This document shows, in pieces, positions 45,531-58,795 of a stretch of 64,000 bases of DNA. The translations under genes were made by a program, and so were the position numbers. A model generated the notes under the pieces. It did no database searches. It was not told where the DNA came from and worked only from the letters and a program-made list of their open reading frames with translations. Source of the stretch: Paraspadella gotoi (lineage: Eukaryota > Animalia > Chaetognatha); assembly GCA_051294375.1 (NCBI GenBank), contig CM119269.1, forward strand, positions 3,142,026 to 3,206,025. The letters run 5' to 3'. How positions within the stretch are numbered: position 1 is the first letter of the stretch; each line of letters starts with the position of its first letter.

Positions 45531-47249
45531 CTTCATCTCTCTCGTCCTCCCCGGCCAACGTCTCTCGATCCGAAGAAGAAACAGCTCTCGAACTCTATCC
45601 TCTCATCGCACCCTTATCTCCACATCTCTCTCTGTCCTCAATCTCTCTCCTCTCTCTCGTCTATCTCTCTTCTCGACAGGTATCTGCTCTCGTCTCATCG
45701 CTCTGATCCCCCACATCATAAATATCTAAGTACAATACTCTCACTAACAATCCGTCATCATACTCTCATCAAATCATACACACCACTCACGCCGCATCTC
45801 CTCTCTCTCTCTCGATCTCATCGTCGAGTCACCTCCAATCACTCCTCTCTCAATCGCATCACAAGGATCACTCAGCTGTCCACATCCAACCCTCTCTCCT
45901 ACCCCTCCCCCTTCCTCCTCTCCCTCCTCTCACTCCTCCTACATCCCACCTCATCTCCGCTCTCCTTCTTCGCTCCCTCCTCTCATGCCTCGATCCGCTC
46001 TCTCTCTCCGCGCTCCTCACCTCTCTCTCCTTCCCTCTCTCATCGCGGGTTACCCTCCCTGTCCATCCACCGTCCTGTTCCTCTTCCCTTCCTTCCCTCC
46101 AATATCTCTCGTCCTCCCCCCATCTCTCTCCACTACACTACCTCTTCTCTCTTCTCTCCCCTCTCTCTCCCTCTCCAACATCTCTCTCCCCTCCCTCCCC
46201 CTGCCCGACAATTAAGTTTCCGGAAAACCTTTTAATCTGGCAATTATATATATAAAATAAAATCATCCACTACTGATGTACCAAGCGGGTCAATTGCAAT
46301 GGAGCCACTTATTAGTGTTTTGTTCTTCTAATTGTATCGCCGCGCCGAATTTTTTGCCAGGAAAAATTATTAAGTGTCACACGAGAGAATGAAATTAAAG
46401 ACTGTAAAAATGAGTTAAAGAGTGTATGAAAAAGAAATTATGGAAAAATTAATTGCAAGAAAATATACCGCCACATCCTGACTATTCTTTTTTTTTTACG
46501 TTTTGAACAAATTGGGCATTTCAATTGTTAGTTTATGAAATTCACGAAACGCCGCATCATAGTATTTATTAATTTTTTTTATTAAATGGCGACAGAAAGA
46601 TCCAACTTAGAAGTACCGGGATCAATTTTTCCCTACGTCAAGTATAAAAGGATTGCCTAATCGATTTAATTCACCAATCGTTGGGTCGGAACGGGAATAA
46701 TAATGAAATATATTCTTCCGTTAAATCATCACCATTTTTTTTATTTACTTTCTATCTGCCCTTAATTCTCTTTCTTTCTTTTCTTCTCTTCGATCTTTTT
46801 CCTTAAACTCCATCCACTGGCTCTCTCTCTCGCTCGTCTCTCCTCCCCTCTCCTTCCCTCATCTCTCTTCCTCCCTCTCTCTCGCCACTGCCTCTCCCCC
46901 CCCTCCCTCCTCGTCTCCTCCACATCTCCTCTCTCCCCCAGTCTCCTTTCCCCTTCTCTTCTTCCCTCCTCTCAACCGCCTCTCCATCTCCCCCATCTCT
47001 CATCCCCTCCCTCTCCCCTCTCCACCCCACTCTCTCCTCCCTCCCTCCCTCCTCTCTCTCTCCCCCCCTATACTCTCATCCATCCTCACCTCCCTCTCCC
47101 CCTCCTTTCTCCAGCACAAACGGATCCCACGTCTCCTTCATCCGGTCCTCGGTTTTTTCCACGGGGAACTCTGGGATTCTTCCGAGAACCGGAAATGCTC
47201 GACGGAAGCGGCTCTTGGCGAGTGTACCGGGCCAGATCAAATCGTGGTC

Positions 47250-48044
47250 ACGCTCAACTACAGACGGGACTTTTGGTAGATGATTGGGTTCGATTCAATA
47301 CAGCTGGGACCATTTTGTAAGTGATTGGATTTCGTCAACCAGACTGACCGTTTTGGTAAGTGATGGGTTGTCAACTACAGACTGGACCTTTTGGTAGTGA
47401 TTGGTCGTCACTTTACGAGACTGGGACCCTTTTATGGTAAGTGATTGGTTTCATCATCTACGAGCGGACTTTTGGGGGTAAGTGATTGTTCGTCATCTAA
47501 CAGACTGGGACTTTGGGTAAGGTGATTGGGGTTTCGTCAACTACAAGACTGGGACCTTTTGGTAAGTTGATTGGGTTTCGTCATCTACAGAAACTGGGAC
47601 TTTTGGAAGTGAATTGGGTTTCTCATCTACAGACTGGGGACTTTTGTAAGTGTTGGGTTTCGGTCATCCTAACAGACGGGACCTGGTAGTGATTGGGTTC
47701 GTCAACTACAGACTGGAACTCTTTGGTAATTGATTGGGGTTTCAGTCATCTAGCAGACGGGTCCTTTTGGAGGCTGGATTTTGGGTTTTGTCTAATATTA
47801 CAGACTGGGAACTCTTTTTGGTTAAGTGAATTGGTTTCGTCATCTCAGACTGGACCGTTTGGTAAGTGATTGGGTTTTTCGTCATCTTACAAGACTTCCT
47901 TTGAGCTAAGGATTGGGTTTCGTCAACTACAGACGGACCTTTGGAACGTGATTGGGTCGTCATCTACACGAACCTGGTCTGGGTAAGTGATTGGGGGTTG
48001 TCCAAATACAAAAGACTGGACCTTTTTGGTAAGGTATTGGGTTT
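47250..48044. repeat. 42-bp minisatellite, about 19 noisy copies, ending at a gap
   Basis: By-eye consensus ttcgtcaactacagactgggaccttttggtaagtgattgggt; units are head-to-tail with no spacers. Confidence 0.95.
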
Positions 48045-51000
48045 NNNNNNNNNNNNNNNNNNNNNNNNNACCACTAATTTCACAAGGGAAAAATCTTCCT
48101 ACTATTTTCTTCTTTTAAAACAGGAAAAAAAAAATCACTTTTTTCTATAACTAAGCTAACAATTTTACCCTACTGTTCGTAATTGTATTAGTTAATTTTC
48201 CTTGGCGCGGGAGGAATATAATACTTGTATAGGAAGTAAAAAAAAAAAACAGCCCTCTCCTAAATACTCACAACTCTACTTAGCTGAATATCTTTTTAAA
48301 GGGAACATACACCCTCGATCTTTTCACATCTGCGGGTACTCTCTCTCTTCCTCTCTCTCCTGGCTCCCTCTCTCGTATCTCTTTTCTCTCTCTCTCGCTT
48401 CTCTCTTCTCTCTCGTTTCCACAGCTTCATTACGGTTCCGACATAAACGGGCAAAAAAAATGAAGACTAAAAATGTTGATGAAAGCAACATAAAATCACG
48501 ATTTTACGGGCTTTAGAGGCTATTTTTTTAAAAAAAACGTTAATCATTACTGTCTTAAAATACTCATTTTATACTAAAAGATCGTTTCTATTTATTTTTT
48601 CCAATTTCTATTTTTGTCGCTACTCATGCAACTTTGGATATCTAAATAACACGCGTTAAAAAAAATTTTACATAAAAAATCACTTTCTTAATCGTTTTTT
48701 TTTATAATTAAGCGGGACCCAAAAGTTGGATAAAAATGATAATCACTAAGCAGCCTAAGAGGTTCTCTATCAATCAAAGGAAATTTGGAATGGTCGATAT
48801 CCTAATTAATTTTTCTTGGCAACGGGAAAGTGGCAAAAAAATTTCCCTATCTCTTACTGTGTAGCCCAGAAACAAAAATTTTAATAATTCATGAAAAAAA
48901 AACTTAGTTGACCCTACCAAAATACTTACTATATACAATCTATTATTTTATTTTTGCAATTTAGAAAGTACTTTTTTATTAAATTCCTATATTTTTTATT
49001 TTTTATTGTATACAAAGCTAATTTTTTTTTAAGAGTTTAAGCCTCAAACTTATAATTAGTGACACAAAGGCTTGCATGTATCCATAAAATCGCCTCACTA
49101 ACTAATTTTATAAAATTATATTTTATAATATAATTACTCCCCTAAAAGCAGTACCACAAAGGTACAAAATACCTAAATTCTATTTCTTACTCAGAAACAA
49201 AACCCAAACTCAGTAATAAATTCATCTAATTACATATTTCATAATCCCCTCATCCCTCTAAATGATACATTAAACTATATTGGATTGCCTAATCCTATAA
49301 ACAATTAAAAATTTAAGCAAAAGTACAGAAAATCTTTCTCTTTTCTTGTTTTTAATTATATTGTTTATTCCATGGTATATTACTTCAAAAGAGTGGGTTT
49401 TATTGTTTTATCCATATTAACAGGACATCATAAATCTTGAAAAGACAAGAACAAGCTTTAAATAAAATCAAGTCGATATTACCTTAAATTTTGCATCTAC
49501 AGCCATACCTAGTTTATTTTTCTTATACATTATTATTTGTGAATAAAAAAAAAAGGCGGTGCAAAATTCTTTTTAAACAGATGTAGATAACAATTACCCT
49601 TTTATTGGGGAAAAAAACCATGAATTATTCTAAAACTTTGCAAACCAAGATTTTCGCTTGCTTATAGCGGCCTTAACCGCAAAACTTTTTATTAATAAGA
49701 AAATTTAAGCTCGCAGTCTAGGATTTTATCGGAATTTTTTGTTAACTACCTTTCCCAAACCCTATGATATACATTTAAAGTTTAAAAAAGAAAAAAAAAT
49801 AATTAATTGAATCCAGAAACCAGCCTCTTAAGTTTAAAGAAAGGGCCAACTTTTTATTGTTCTATTCAGCCTTTTTACCCCCCGCTGTTCATATCGGTCG
49901 CCCTTAAGGACGGATCTCTTTATATTTTGAACAACCCTCAAATGAGTCTTACTAATGTTACGTAAGTTTCCGTAAGATAAACCTTCTCGTTCAACACAAA
50001 GGAAGTTCTGTGAAAATACGTTTCCTTTCTTTTTAGTTTAATTCGTTTCATATTTCTTTAAAGTTGAAATTACTTTCCTTTATTATCGCATTTTACTATT
50101 TTTTCTTTTTCTTAAATTAAAATATTCGAGTCATTCCCATGTCTTCCTCTTACCTGTCTACACTGCCCTTTCTTCCCCTTCTTTTAATTAATCCCGTCTT
50201 TCATCGGTTTACTCCTTTCTTTCTCAATACTCGTTCATCCTCTTCTTTTATATCGCCGACTCTCTCTCCTCGAGTACACGATTCCTCTCTCTCACTTTCC
50301 TCGATCAGGCGCTTATTCCCGTCCTTTATGACTCTCTTCGACTTCTCAAACCTCGCGAACACACCACTATCGACACACTAGGCGTACCTTTGTACTCTTC
50401 ATCTACTGCATAAACCGCCTCTCCTACTGGTCTGTCACACACAGTGCGTTTGGCACTCTCTCTTACTTTTGGGTCAACGTATAAGGGATAGCCAGAACCA
50501 CGACTTACTGCGCTCGGCGAGCGGTTACTCTCTCACTCGATTCTTAGGCCGGTGTCGGCTAATATCGATACTCTTTGCTTGTGTCTACTCTCCGTATTCA
50601 CCAACTCAAAGCCGTCCTGACTAAGTCCACTTTAATATGCAATTACTCTCTTAACCCTTTCTGTCCACCACTCACGCTACTGTGACGTTCTCCTGATAAA
50701 CGTTGTCTAACTCTATACTCGATTTTATTCTTTCACAACACCTTTCGCATCTGATACGTCACTAGAGCGTAGTCCCGCCGAGCGCGAGATAAGACAATGC
50801 CTATACTTCCCGCCAGACCCTATGATATGAAAAACCGAGGACGCACACGTTCGACCGACACGGACGACCGACCGAGCGACCCGACGACTCCGGAATCGGA
50901 ACGGCACGAACTGATCACAGGCTATATATCTTTGGCGACACTCCGTATAAGTGAACAGATGAAATTAATTTATATACTCCTAACTGGAAACTCCTTAACA

Positions 51001-53799
51001 GAAATATTAATATAAGCCGGTGTCCGAACGATTAAAAAATGCGTTTTAAAAGATAAACCGTTATATTTTAAAAAGTATTTAAAAACATACCAGAAATTTG
51101 GGAAAAAATAGACGTAATAAAAAGAAAAAAAAAAAATAAGATAATAAAAATAATAAACACCCCATCACCATCCGCACCGACTACAGCTTGATACCCATTT
51201 TAGAAATCTCTCTCCCTCTCTCTACGCTCTCCTCTCTTCTCCTCTACTGAACCTTCTCCGCGTCCGCAGTCTATACACTCTCCTCTATTCCTCCTCTCTA
51301 CTCTTCTCGCATTACCGTTTCATCTCTTTTTGGCTCTCGCCTATCTTCCTGGCTCTGATTATGATGTATCCTCGGATATAGACTTCACAGTTTACATCCT
51401 AACACAGCAATTCATGCGTACTTCGAAATGACTATTTAACACAAAGCGGTGACAGATAACCCCCATGATGATTTTTATCGGCGCCATACCGACATTCTGT
51501 TGATGAGACTGTATTTTTATACAAAGTGTCTTTTCCACCTACATCCTTCTCAATCATGCTCCCTCTCTGCGTTCCTCCTTTCTATTTCTTCCTCAGCTAC
51601 CCTTTCCAGCCTTTAAAACAGGTTACCTTACTTCACTCCAATCCCGTCAGCATCGGATCCTCCTCACGCTTATTCTTGCTCCATCTGTCCGAAAATCTAC
51701 CATCACCGTTTCTTTAAAAAAAGGGAACTCCCTCAGTAACTCCATCTTTAAGTGCGCCCCTCGTCTCTGTCGCCACGATCTCAAAAAGATAGAAAATAAA
51801 CGCCCGCTAACAACCCACTGTGTTACACGAGTTCGTTCGTATTAATACAGCAGAAACGTCCTCCATGACCACTAATGTTTTTGTAGAAAGACCTGTACAG
51901 TGAAATCCCGATTCCCTGACAGGGCCTAATCTTCACCTCCATCTATGATGGACTATAAATAAAGGTAAGCGAGAACAATAGTATAAATTGAGGAAGAACG
52001 GGAGGCGAAGAGCACACCGCGAGGCACGAGGGCAGGTGATGGTATTATTAGATTAGCCCTTCGAGAAAAAACAAAGGAAATGTAATAGGCGCCGCAGGTG
52101 ACTCCGCTCAGACAGAAACGGAATTACCCAAGTTGCAAAATAGAAACCTATTGGGACAGGGATGTTAATCATAACCACATCTGCTGGACGGCAACAGAAA
52201 CAGATTAACGTCGGTATAATAGTTATTTAATATTAGGAACCCGAAATAAAATTTTGACATTAACCATCCATGAATAAACGATGAAGCTTCTTTGAGGGGG
52301 TGGGTGAAATATTGCCTGTACGGACTTGCACGAAGTAGTTTCGCCGAATGATCTTCGTGGAGAAATAGAGGATTGTGTGAGACTGACATATACTTGTCCG
52401 CAACTGAATTCGGTGAGAGAAAAGCTGGAACTTTCGATAGAAAATTTGGATTTGATTATTGATATCCGTCGTACCAGACAAACAGATCTAAAAAAAAAAG
52501 TGTTCTGAACGCAAGAGAAAACCGAGCTATGGAGAACACCTCCCATTTTTTTAGGCGGAAAGAGTTCAACTAAGCGTTAGATGCATCCTTGAAAAACCCG
52601 GGCATCGACGGCACCCCAGACGAGAGGAGGAAGGAGCGACGAGAGAGATAAGAGAAGAGAACCGGGAGAGTGAGGAGACCGAGAGACGAGAAGATGAGAG
52701 GATAGTAAGTGAACAGAGAGAGAGAGAGTGAGAGAGAGATACGGAGGAAGCGCCTTAAGAACAACTTCAGATGAATTTAACGGAAAAGAAATGAATCGCG
52801 GATCTGGCTAGGAGAGGTAGATAGAGTAAATTAGAAGAATAGAAAACACGGGCGGTGAGACACGGACCTAGTACCCAGCACCTCCTCCCCGATATTGAGA
52901 AGCCGGCGCTTCGCTTTCGCCTCCCATTGTCGAACTCCATGTTTGACATAACTTTTTCTACCAAATTCAAATGAAAAAAAAGTTCATTTCAGATATTTGC
53001 TATCTAATTAGTACAGTGGAATGGATAAAGAATCAAACAAAGAAAAAAAGAAAAAGAAAAGAGAGATACAGAGACATAATACTGGAACGCCACGAGAGAG
53101 CGGAGATCGAACACCACTACTTCCGTGTTCTGCCCTGAAGACTACTCAGTACGGCATCGAGTGTGGGATGTGGAGGTGAAGCTCGAAAGTACGGGAATAA
53201 GAGGAGCCCTGACAATACGGAGGGAGTGAATGTTCTCCCTGATTCGCTGAGTATTAAAAGTGATAATTTCCAAAAAGAGGCAGGTTTCTAACATATCCCG
53301 ACAAAGCTTAAAGCTGAACTTAAGGGGAAAATTCTGGTGAGGCTCATTTCATTACTAAATCACTTTGCCAATTAATGCCACTGAGGTATTGCAACTTTCT
53401 TCTACACACATTAAGTAAAACAATAATTATGTCAACAAGAACCTTAGCGGAAAAGAGCGTGTGATTGATTATTAAAAATATATAGGGTTTTTAGATAAAA
53501 ATTAGTTATTTCTGACGTTGAATAGTAATGTTGTGGTAACCAAACCGAGGCAATACAAAAACTTCAATTTGCTTCGCAAGAGACGTGCATGAAAATAATA
53601 TTCCTACTAAGACAAAAAAACGAGAATAACGTGTTTAATAGGAGTCGGGAAATGGCAAACGGAGTTAAAGACAAGATATTTGCCAAAAATATAGAAATTG
53701 CTTAATGTGAATGACATGACTTTTCCACGTTGGATACACTGGTGCCCCCCGCTAAAACGTCCCCCGCCTCTCGATCGCTCTCTCCCCTCTTCTCTCCCC

Positions 53800-54649
53800 C
53801 TCTTCATTCCCCCCTCCGCCCAAATCGTCTTCGTCTTCCCGCTTCGGATCGAAATTTCCTGCCTTAGTGTCGGAGAATTATTGAGAGTTGAGGACAAGCT
53901 TTCTGGTCGCGAGGCACGAGCTGTTAGTAGAGATTGAAGAAAAGGGGTGAAAGGAGCGCAGGGGAGAGAGGTGAGAGAGAGAGAGAGAAGGAGAAAGACG
54001 AGAGTGACAGAGATGAGCGAACGACGAAAGAGGAGATCGAGAGAGAGAGAGGAAGAAGAGAAGCGCGCGGGAGAGAGAGAGACTCAGTTCTAAGTGCTAA
54101 GACGGCGGCACCCAGCGCGGTACGTGGAGAAGATGTTCGGGGAAACAGATGGGCGGGGAAAGGGGAGGATGTGGTTTGGAGTTACAGTCGATGACCTTGA
54201 TAACGAAAAAATTATTCAGCGTATAAAATTCGTTACCCAAGAAAGATATGCCTGGATTCTGAGTTTTGTCTTTGTAACAAAACAGCCCGTCGGTTACGAG
54301 ATCACGTAAGTGTCATGACCCCTCGGGTTGGTTGAATATCGTCGCGGTGCGTCGTTGTGTAGCACACGTGTAGTTCTTGGCGCTGGGAAGGTTCGACACT
54401 TCAACTCTCAACACATACGTGTGATCCAATGCATAGCTGCTATCACGATAAGTCACCTTCGACGCCTTTGTGTGACTCGTCTGACATTTTCACTCTCGAA
54501 AGGGCGGAACCCCCGTGGTGTTTCCGTCGGGAGCAGCGTTGGCAAGACTCGACCTCGCCTATAGCCCTTCAAAGCGCTCCTCCCACCCCTTTTCTCTCGG
54601 TACCTCTCTCTTCACTCTCTGCTTCTCTGACTTCTCTCTCTCTCTATCT

Positions 54650-54695
<46 letters not shown>

Positions 54696-55050
54696 CTTTC
54701 GTCATCCCTCCCCTCTTTCCATAGATGAAAATTCCCAGAGTCGAAACTCGGCCCTTTTCTGTGCTCTTTGGGGTCTTTGGTGAAGGTTTCGTGATTCATC
54801 ACAAATCACAATTTTTCATTCCTTCACTAATCGGCTGGTGGTCATTGTTGATGTAGAGCACGGGGATTAGTTAATAATCGGTCGTTCGTCTTTTGTCGGT
54901 TGCGTGACGTTGTCAGTCGCGTTCGGTTCGTCGCGGTGGTCGTTCGGTGATTCTCGTTGTAATGATTATTTTCCATTGACACCAAGATCAAGTTTTTTGG
55001 AGAGGTTGGAGTGGCAAGTGTAATGTTACAGGTAACTACTTCCCTTCATC
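53800..55050 (+). repeat. Direct duplication, copy B
   Basis: Same anchors in the same order as 44360-45530; indel-rich. Confidence 0.85.
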
Positions 55051-55066
55051 TCTCCTCTCTCTCGCT

Positions 55067-55101
<35 letters not shown>

Positions 55102-55653
55102 CCTCTTCTCTCTCTTCTCTCTCTCCTCTCTCTCCCTCTCTCGTGCGGAGGGGGACCATATGTTTTGTCTGTTTTAGCCTCCTCCCAATACAGAATTTCT
55201 CTTCTTTTTCTCTTTATTTATATTACCAAATCACTTTTCATCGCCTATTCTCTCTGCTCTCTCTTTCTCTCTTCTTCGGATTCTCTCTCTCTTCCCTTCT
55301 CTCTCTCTCTCTCTCTCTTTCATTCTCTCACTCTCACTCTTCTCTCAAACGCGATCAAACGGAAACACAAACCATTTTCCTCGTAATCTCGCGAATCTCA
55401 TAATATCCGTTTAAATTTTATGTTTTTTTAAAATGTTTTTTATTTTCCATTTTCTCTCACTTTCTGCTCACTTTCTAAAGAAATAGCTTAAAGATTTACA
55501 TTTGGGTATATTTTTAAAAATAATTTTCACGGTTCTAAAAATATACTAATGTTACAATAAACCAGCTTGAAACATTAAGCACCGTGATTTTCTCGTGCGG
55601 TTGTACCGCTTTTGTCTTTCGGCCGTTTTAATTTTGGTCGTGAATCGAGACTT

Positions 55654-56424
55654 AACAAGTTTGAGCAAACAATGTCCGATCTGCCTACGATAATTAAGCT
55701 GTAATCAGCTAATCAGATGATAAATCACAATATTTTTTAAAAGTTTTTTTACTCGCATCATTTTTTCAACCCGCATCATTTTTTCAACTTGCATAATTTT
55801 TTCCACTCACCATTTTTTCAACTCACATCATTTTTTCAATTTGCATCATTTTTACAATTCGCATCATTTTTTTCAACTTGCATCTTTTTTTAAACTTGCA
55901 TTATTTTTTTTAACTTGCATCATTTTTTCAACTTGCATAATTTTTTCAACTTGCATAATTTTTTCAACTTGCATAATTTTTTTAAATTGCATCATTTTTT
56001 CACATTAATTAATTAATTAATTAAAACATTTATTAGTAATCATAAATAATAAAGATTCAAGTAAATGCGACTTATGTTTTTTCCATTTAAACTCATTTCT
56101 GCTGGCACGATTCCGTCAAAACTTTATATCCAGCTTCATCACACACTTTCCTACCCACAAACGAAATTTTATTCCTATCCAACCACCCAATCACGAGTTA
56201 TTGGAGCTTGTTGCTAAGGTGGGAGGGACGGACAGACAGGCAGACAGGCAGACAGACAGACAGACAGACGGACGGACGGACATCATTTCTTTTGCATTTT
56301 TTATCATAATTCGATGTTCTGACATGATGTAAGTGAATGCCCGACAAGATTGAGGGGGCGGACCGACGGATCGACAAAGTGAATTATAGAGTCGGGTTCT
56401 ATTAAAAGCAGATCCGACTAAAAA
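55654..56424 (-). mobile_element. Non-autonomous Helentron-like element (HINE type), copy 2, ~770 bp
   Basis: Same ends as copy 1: aacaaGTTTGagCAAACaatgtccgatctgcc ... ttatagagtcggg..gcagatccgactaaaaa. Contains a (GACA/GACG)n tract at ~56226-56280, one long core unit, and a ~19-bp array. Confidence 0.75.
55751..56003. repeat. ~18-20 bp tandem array (cttgcatcattttttcaa), about 13 copies, inside HINE copy 2
   Basis: Directly visible. Confidence 0.93.
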
Positions 56425-56429
56425 TTTAA

Positions 56430-58795
56430 TTCGACCTCATTCAGATTTTTTTATTCTCGTTATCCGAATTATCGTTTATTGGTGTTTTGTCTTATTTCTT
56501 TGACTCGCGAATTTTCATTGTTTACAGCCAATTCAAAATGCTCCCTTTCTTTCGTCTCTCATTTCAGGATTGTCATGTACTATTTCTCTCTCTCTCTGCT
56601 AACCTCTCTCTCTCTCATGCTGCTCTCTCGTCGTGCTCTCTCTCTCTGCATCATCTCTACTTTCTCTCTCCTCCTCCTCTCTCTCACTTCTCTCTCTCTC
56701 CTCTTTTCCTTCGCCACCTACTTTCTCCCAATCTTCTACCCCAGCATCCAATGATATACTTTCTGGATTGCATCATCTCAGTATCCAAGGGCAACGTCAT
56801 CCCTGAACTTTTGCCCTCCCTATTGTAAACCCTCAAAGCGGTGGTGGTTGTCGAAGTCTTCGTCGTTGTCGTCGTCGTCGTCGCCGTCGTAGCCGTCGTC
56901 GTTTTTATCATCAGCATCATCTTTGTCGTTTTCTTCACCAGCATTTGGTCTAGGACATCATCATCATCTCAATTGATCCTCGACATTACTTAGCGCTTTC
57001 TCTCTCTCTCTCTCTCTNNNNNNNNNNNNNNNNNNNNNNNNNCGAGAACGACGATAACGACAACGACGGAACGACGACGAACGAACGACGACCGACTAGT
57101 TTACGGGCGGTCTAAGCGGCGGTTTTAAAAGGTGACACAGCGTTTCCATTTTCTTTATCCGTGAGAAGAACGGTAGGCGAAAAATGCCTGTGGAATCGAG
57201 TAAAGTGCTCTAATGGGTGGCGAAGCTCGAGAGGAATTACGAAGAGATGAGAGCAGGGAGAGAGAGATGCGAGAGAGAGGTCACGTGCATGACGTACTGC
57301 GAGTAAGAGCAGAGTGCGAGAGTGTGCGAGAGAGAGATGAGCACGTAGCAGAGTCATGCAAGAAGAGAGAATAGCTTGGACGCATGAGTGTATGGTACAT
57401 CGATGCGAAGGAGAGAGTGCGTATAGATCGTAGCGAGTGCACGAGAGAGGAGGAGGAGAGAGTAGAGAATACGTCCTCGCTTAAGTAATTCGTCGAGGAT
57501 CAAATTGAGATGATGATGATGTCCTACGACTTATCCCAAATTCGCTGAGTTGACCACGAACCCTGATTCGTGCACATAATGTATTGTCATTAACTGTGAT
57601 AAAGATTAAAAAACATCAAAAAAACCGAAACGAACGGCTATCGTATGCGCAGACGCGAATTGCTGCGACCGACGACGACACACGAACGAATGGACTTCGA
57701 CATCTCACCACCTCTCTCACTTCTCTCTCGCTGTTGAGTGGCTTACCATAGGTCTGACTGGGCCAAATGTTCAGGGATTCGACGTTGCCTCCATCTCGTC
57801 TGCTACCGGTCTCATCACTCGAGCTCACTTTGATTCTCGTCCATCTACTTCTCTCGCCAGTGACGAAAAGTATAAACGAAAATACATATTGAAGACAAGA
57901 GCGATATTGAGAAAAATCTCGTGAGGAGTAAATGTAGATACGTTGCTCTCAGAGGAGACAGATCCAGCAAGTAGGGAGAGAAGAAAGCGTAGAGACGGGA
58001 AGTATTGAGACGAAGAGGGAGAGGCACGCGAGAGAGATGAGCCGAGTGTCTAGAGATGGAGAAGCACGAGAAAAAGCGGAAAACACAGAACGAGCAAAAA
58101 AAGCAAAAACGAGAGGAAAACAACACAAAGAGAAAACCCAAAGAACAAGAAGGAAAAATGGACGAAAGAAATGAAGTGAAGAGTGGAGTGGCCAAGAAGG
58201 GAGGCCAATTCATGCGAATCAGACAGGAGAACTCTCATGCGACTGAGGACTCGATCAGGCCCAAGGCTTGAACGAGACATTTTCCGTGAAGTAAGGACAG
58301 AAGGAGAGCTAGTACTTATTTGTTATCACGGGCCATGAAATGAGGTAAGAGAACGGAGAGCAAGAAAATAATGTGATTTGTGAAGACGAAGAAAGATTAG
58401 AAACGGGCGATACACACTGCTCAAATTTTGATGGAGACGGAGAAGGGATTTAAAGGGTTATTGTATTGAGAAAGGGATAATGCTTATTATCATATACGAA
58501 ATGAATTAATTAATTAATTATACTAATTAATTTAATTGACTAATTAGAAAGCAACGCGTCTTCGCCTCCGCTCACCCTCCAACTTTTCCTCAGATGCGAG
58601 AGATTTGACTCCGAATATACAATCAGCACGAGACGAAAAGCAAAAGGGAAGCCATCGAGCAGTTAGTGCCTCGCTGAGGAATCCACAACTCGTAAATCAA
58701 CCACTCGACCCAGATGGGTCAATAGAAATTAGACAAAACACCAAAATAAACGATCAATTCGGATAACGAGAATAAAAAAAAGTATGAACTGACGT
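56430..58795. repeat. Second patchy inverted duplication around the gap at 57018-57042
   Basis: 56950-57000 is the reverse complement of 57478-57526 (taggacatcatcatcatctcaattgatcctcgac), and 56445-56503 of 58718-58782 (ttattctcgttatccgaatt). Confidence 0.85.

Noticed and set aside
47250-48044. CRISPR-like array
   Set aside because: Units are head-to-tail with no unique spacers, there are no cas genes, and the context is eukaryotic.
48070-53700. Short ORFs and apparent unique sequence
   Set aside because: No recognisable motifs or consistent splice structure; it looks like low-accuracy read sequence.
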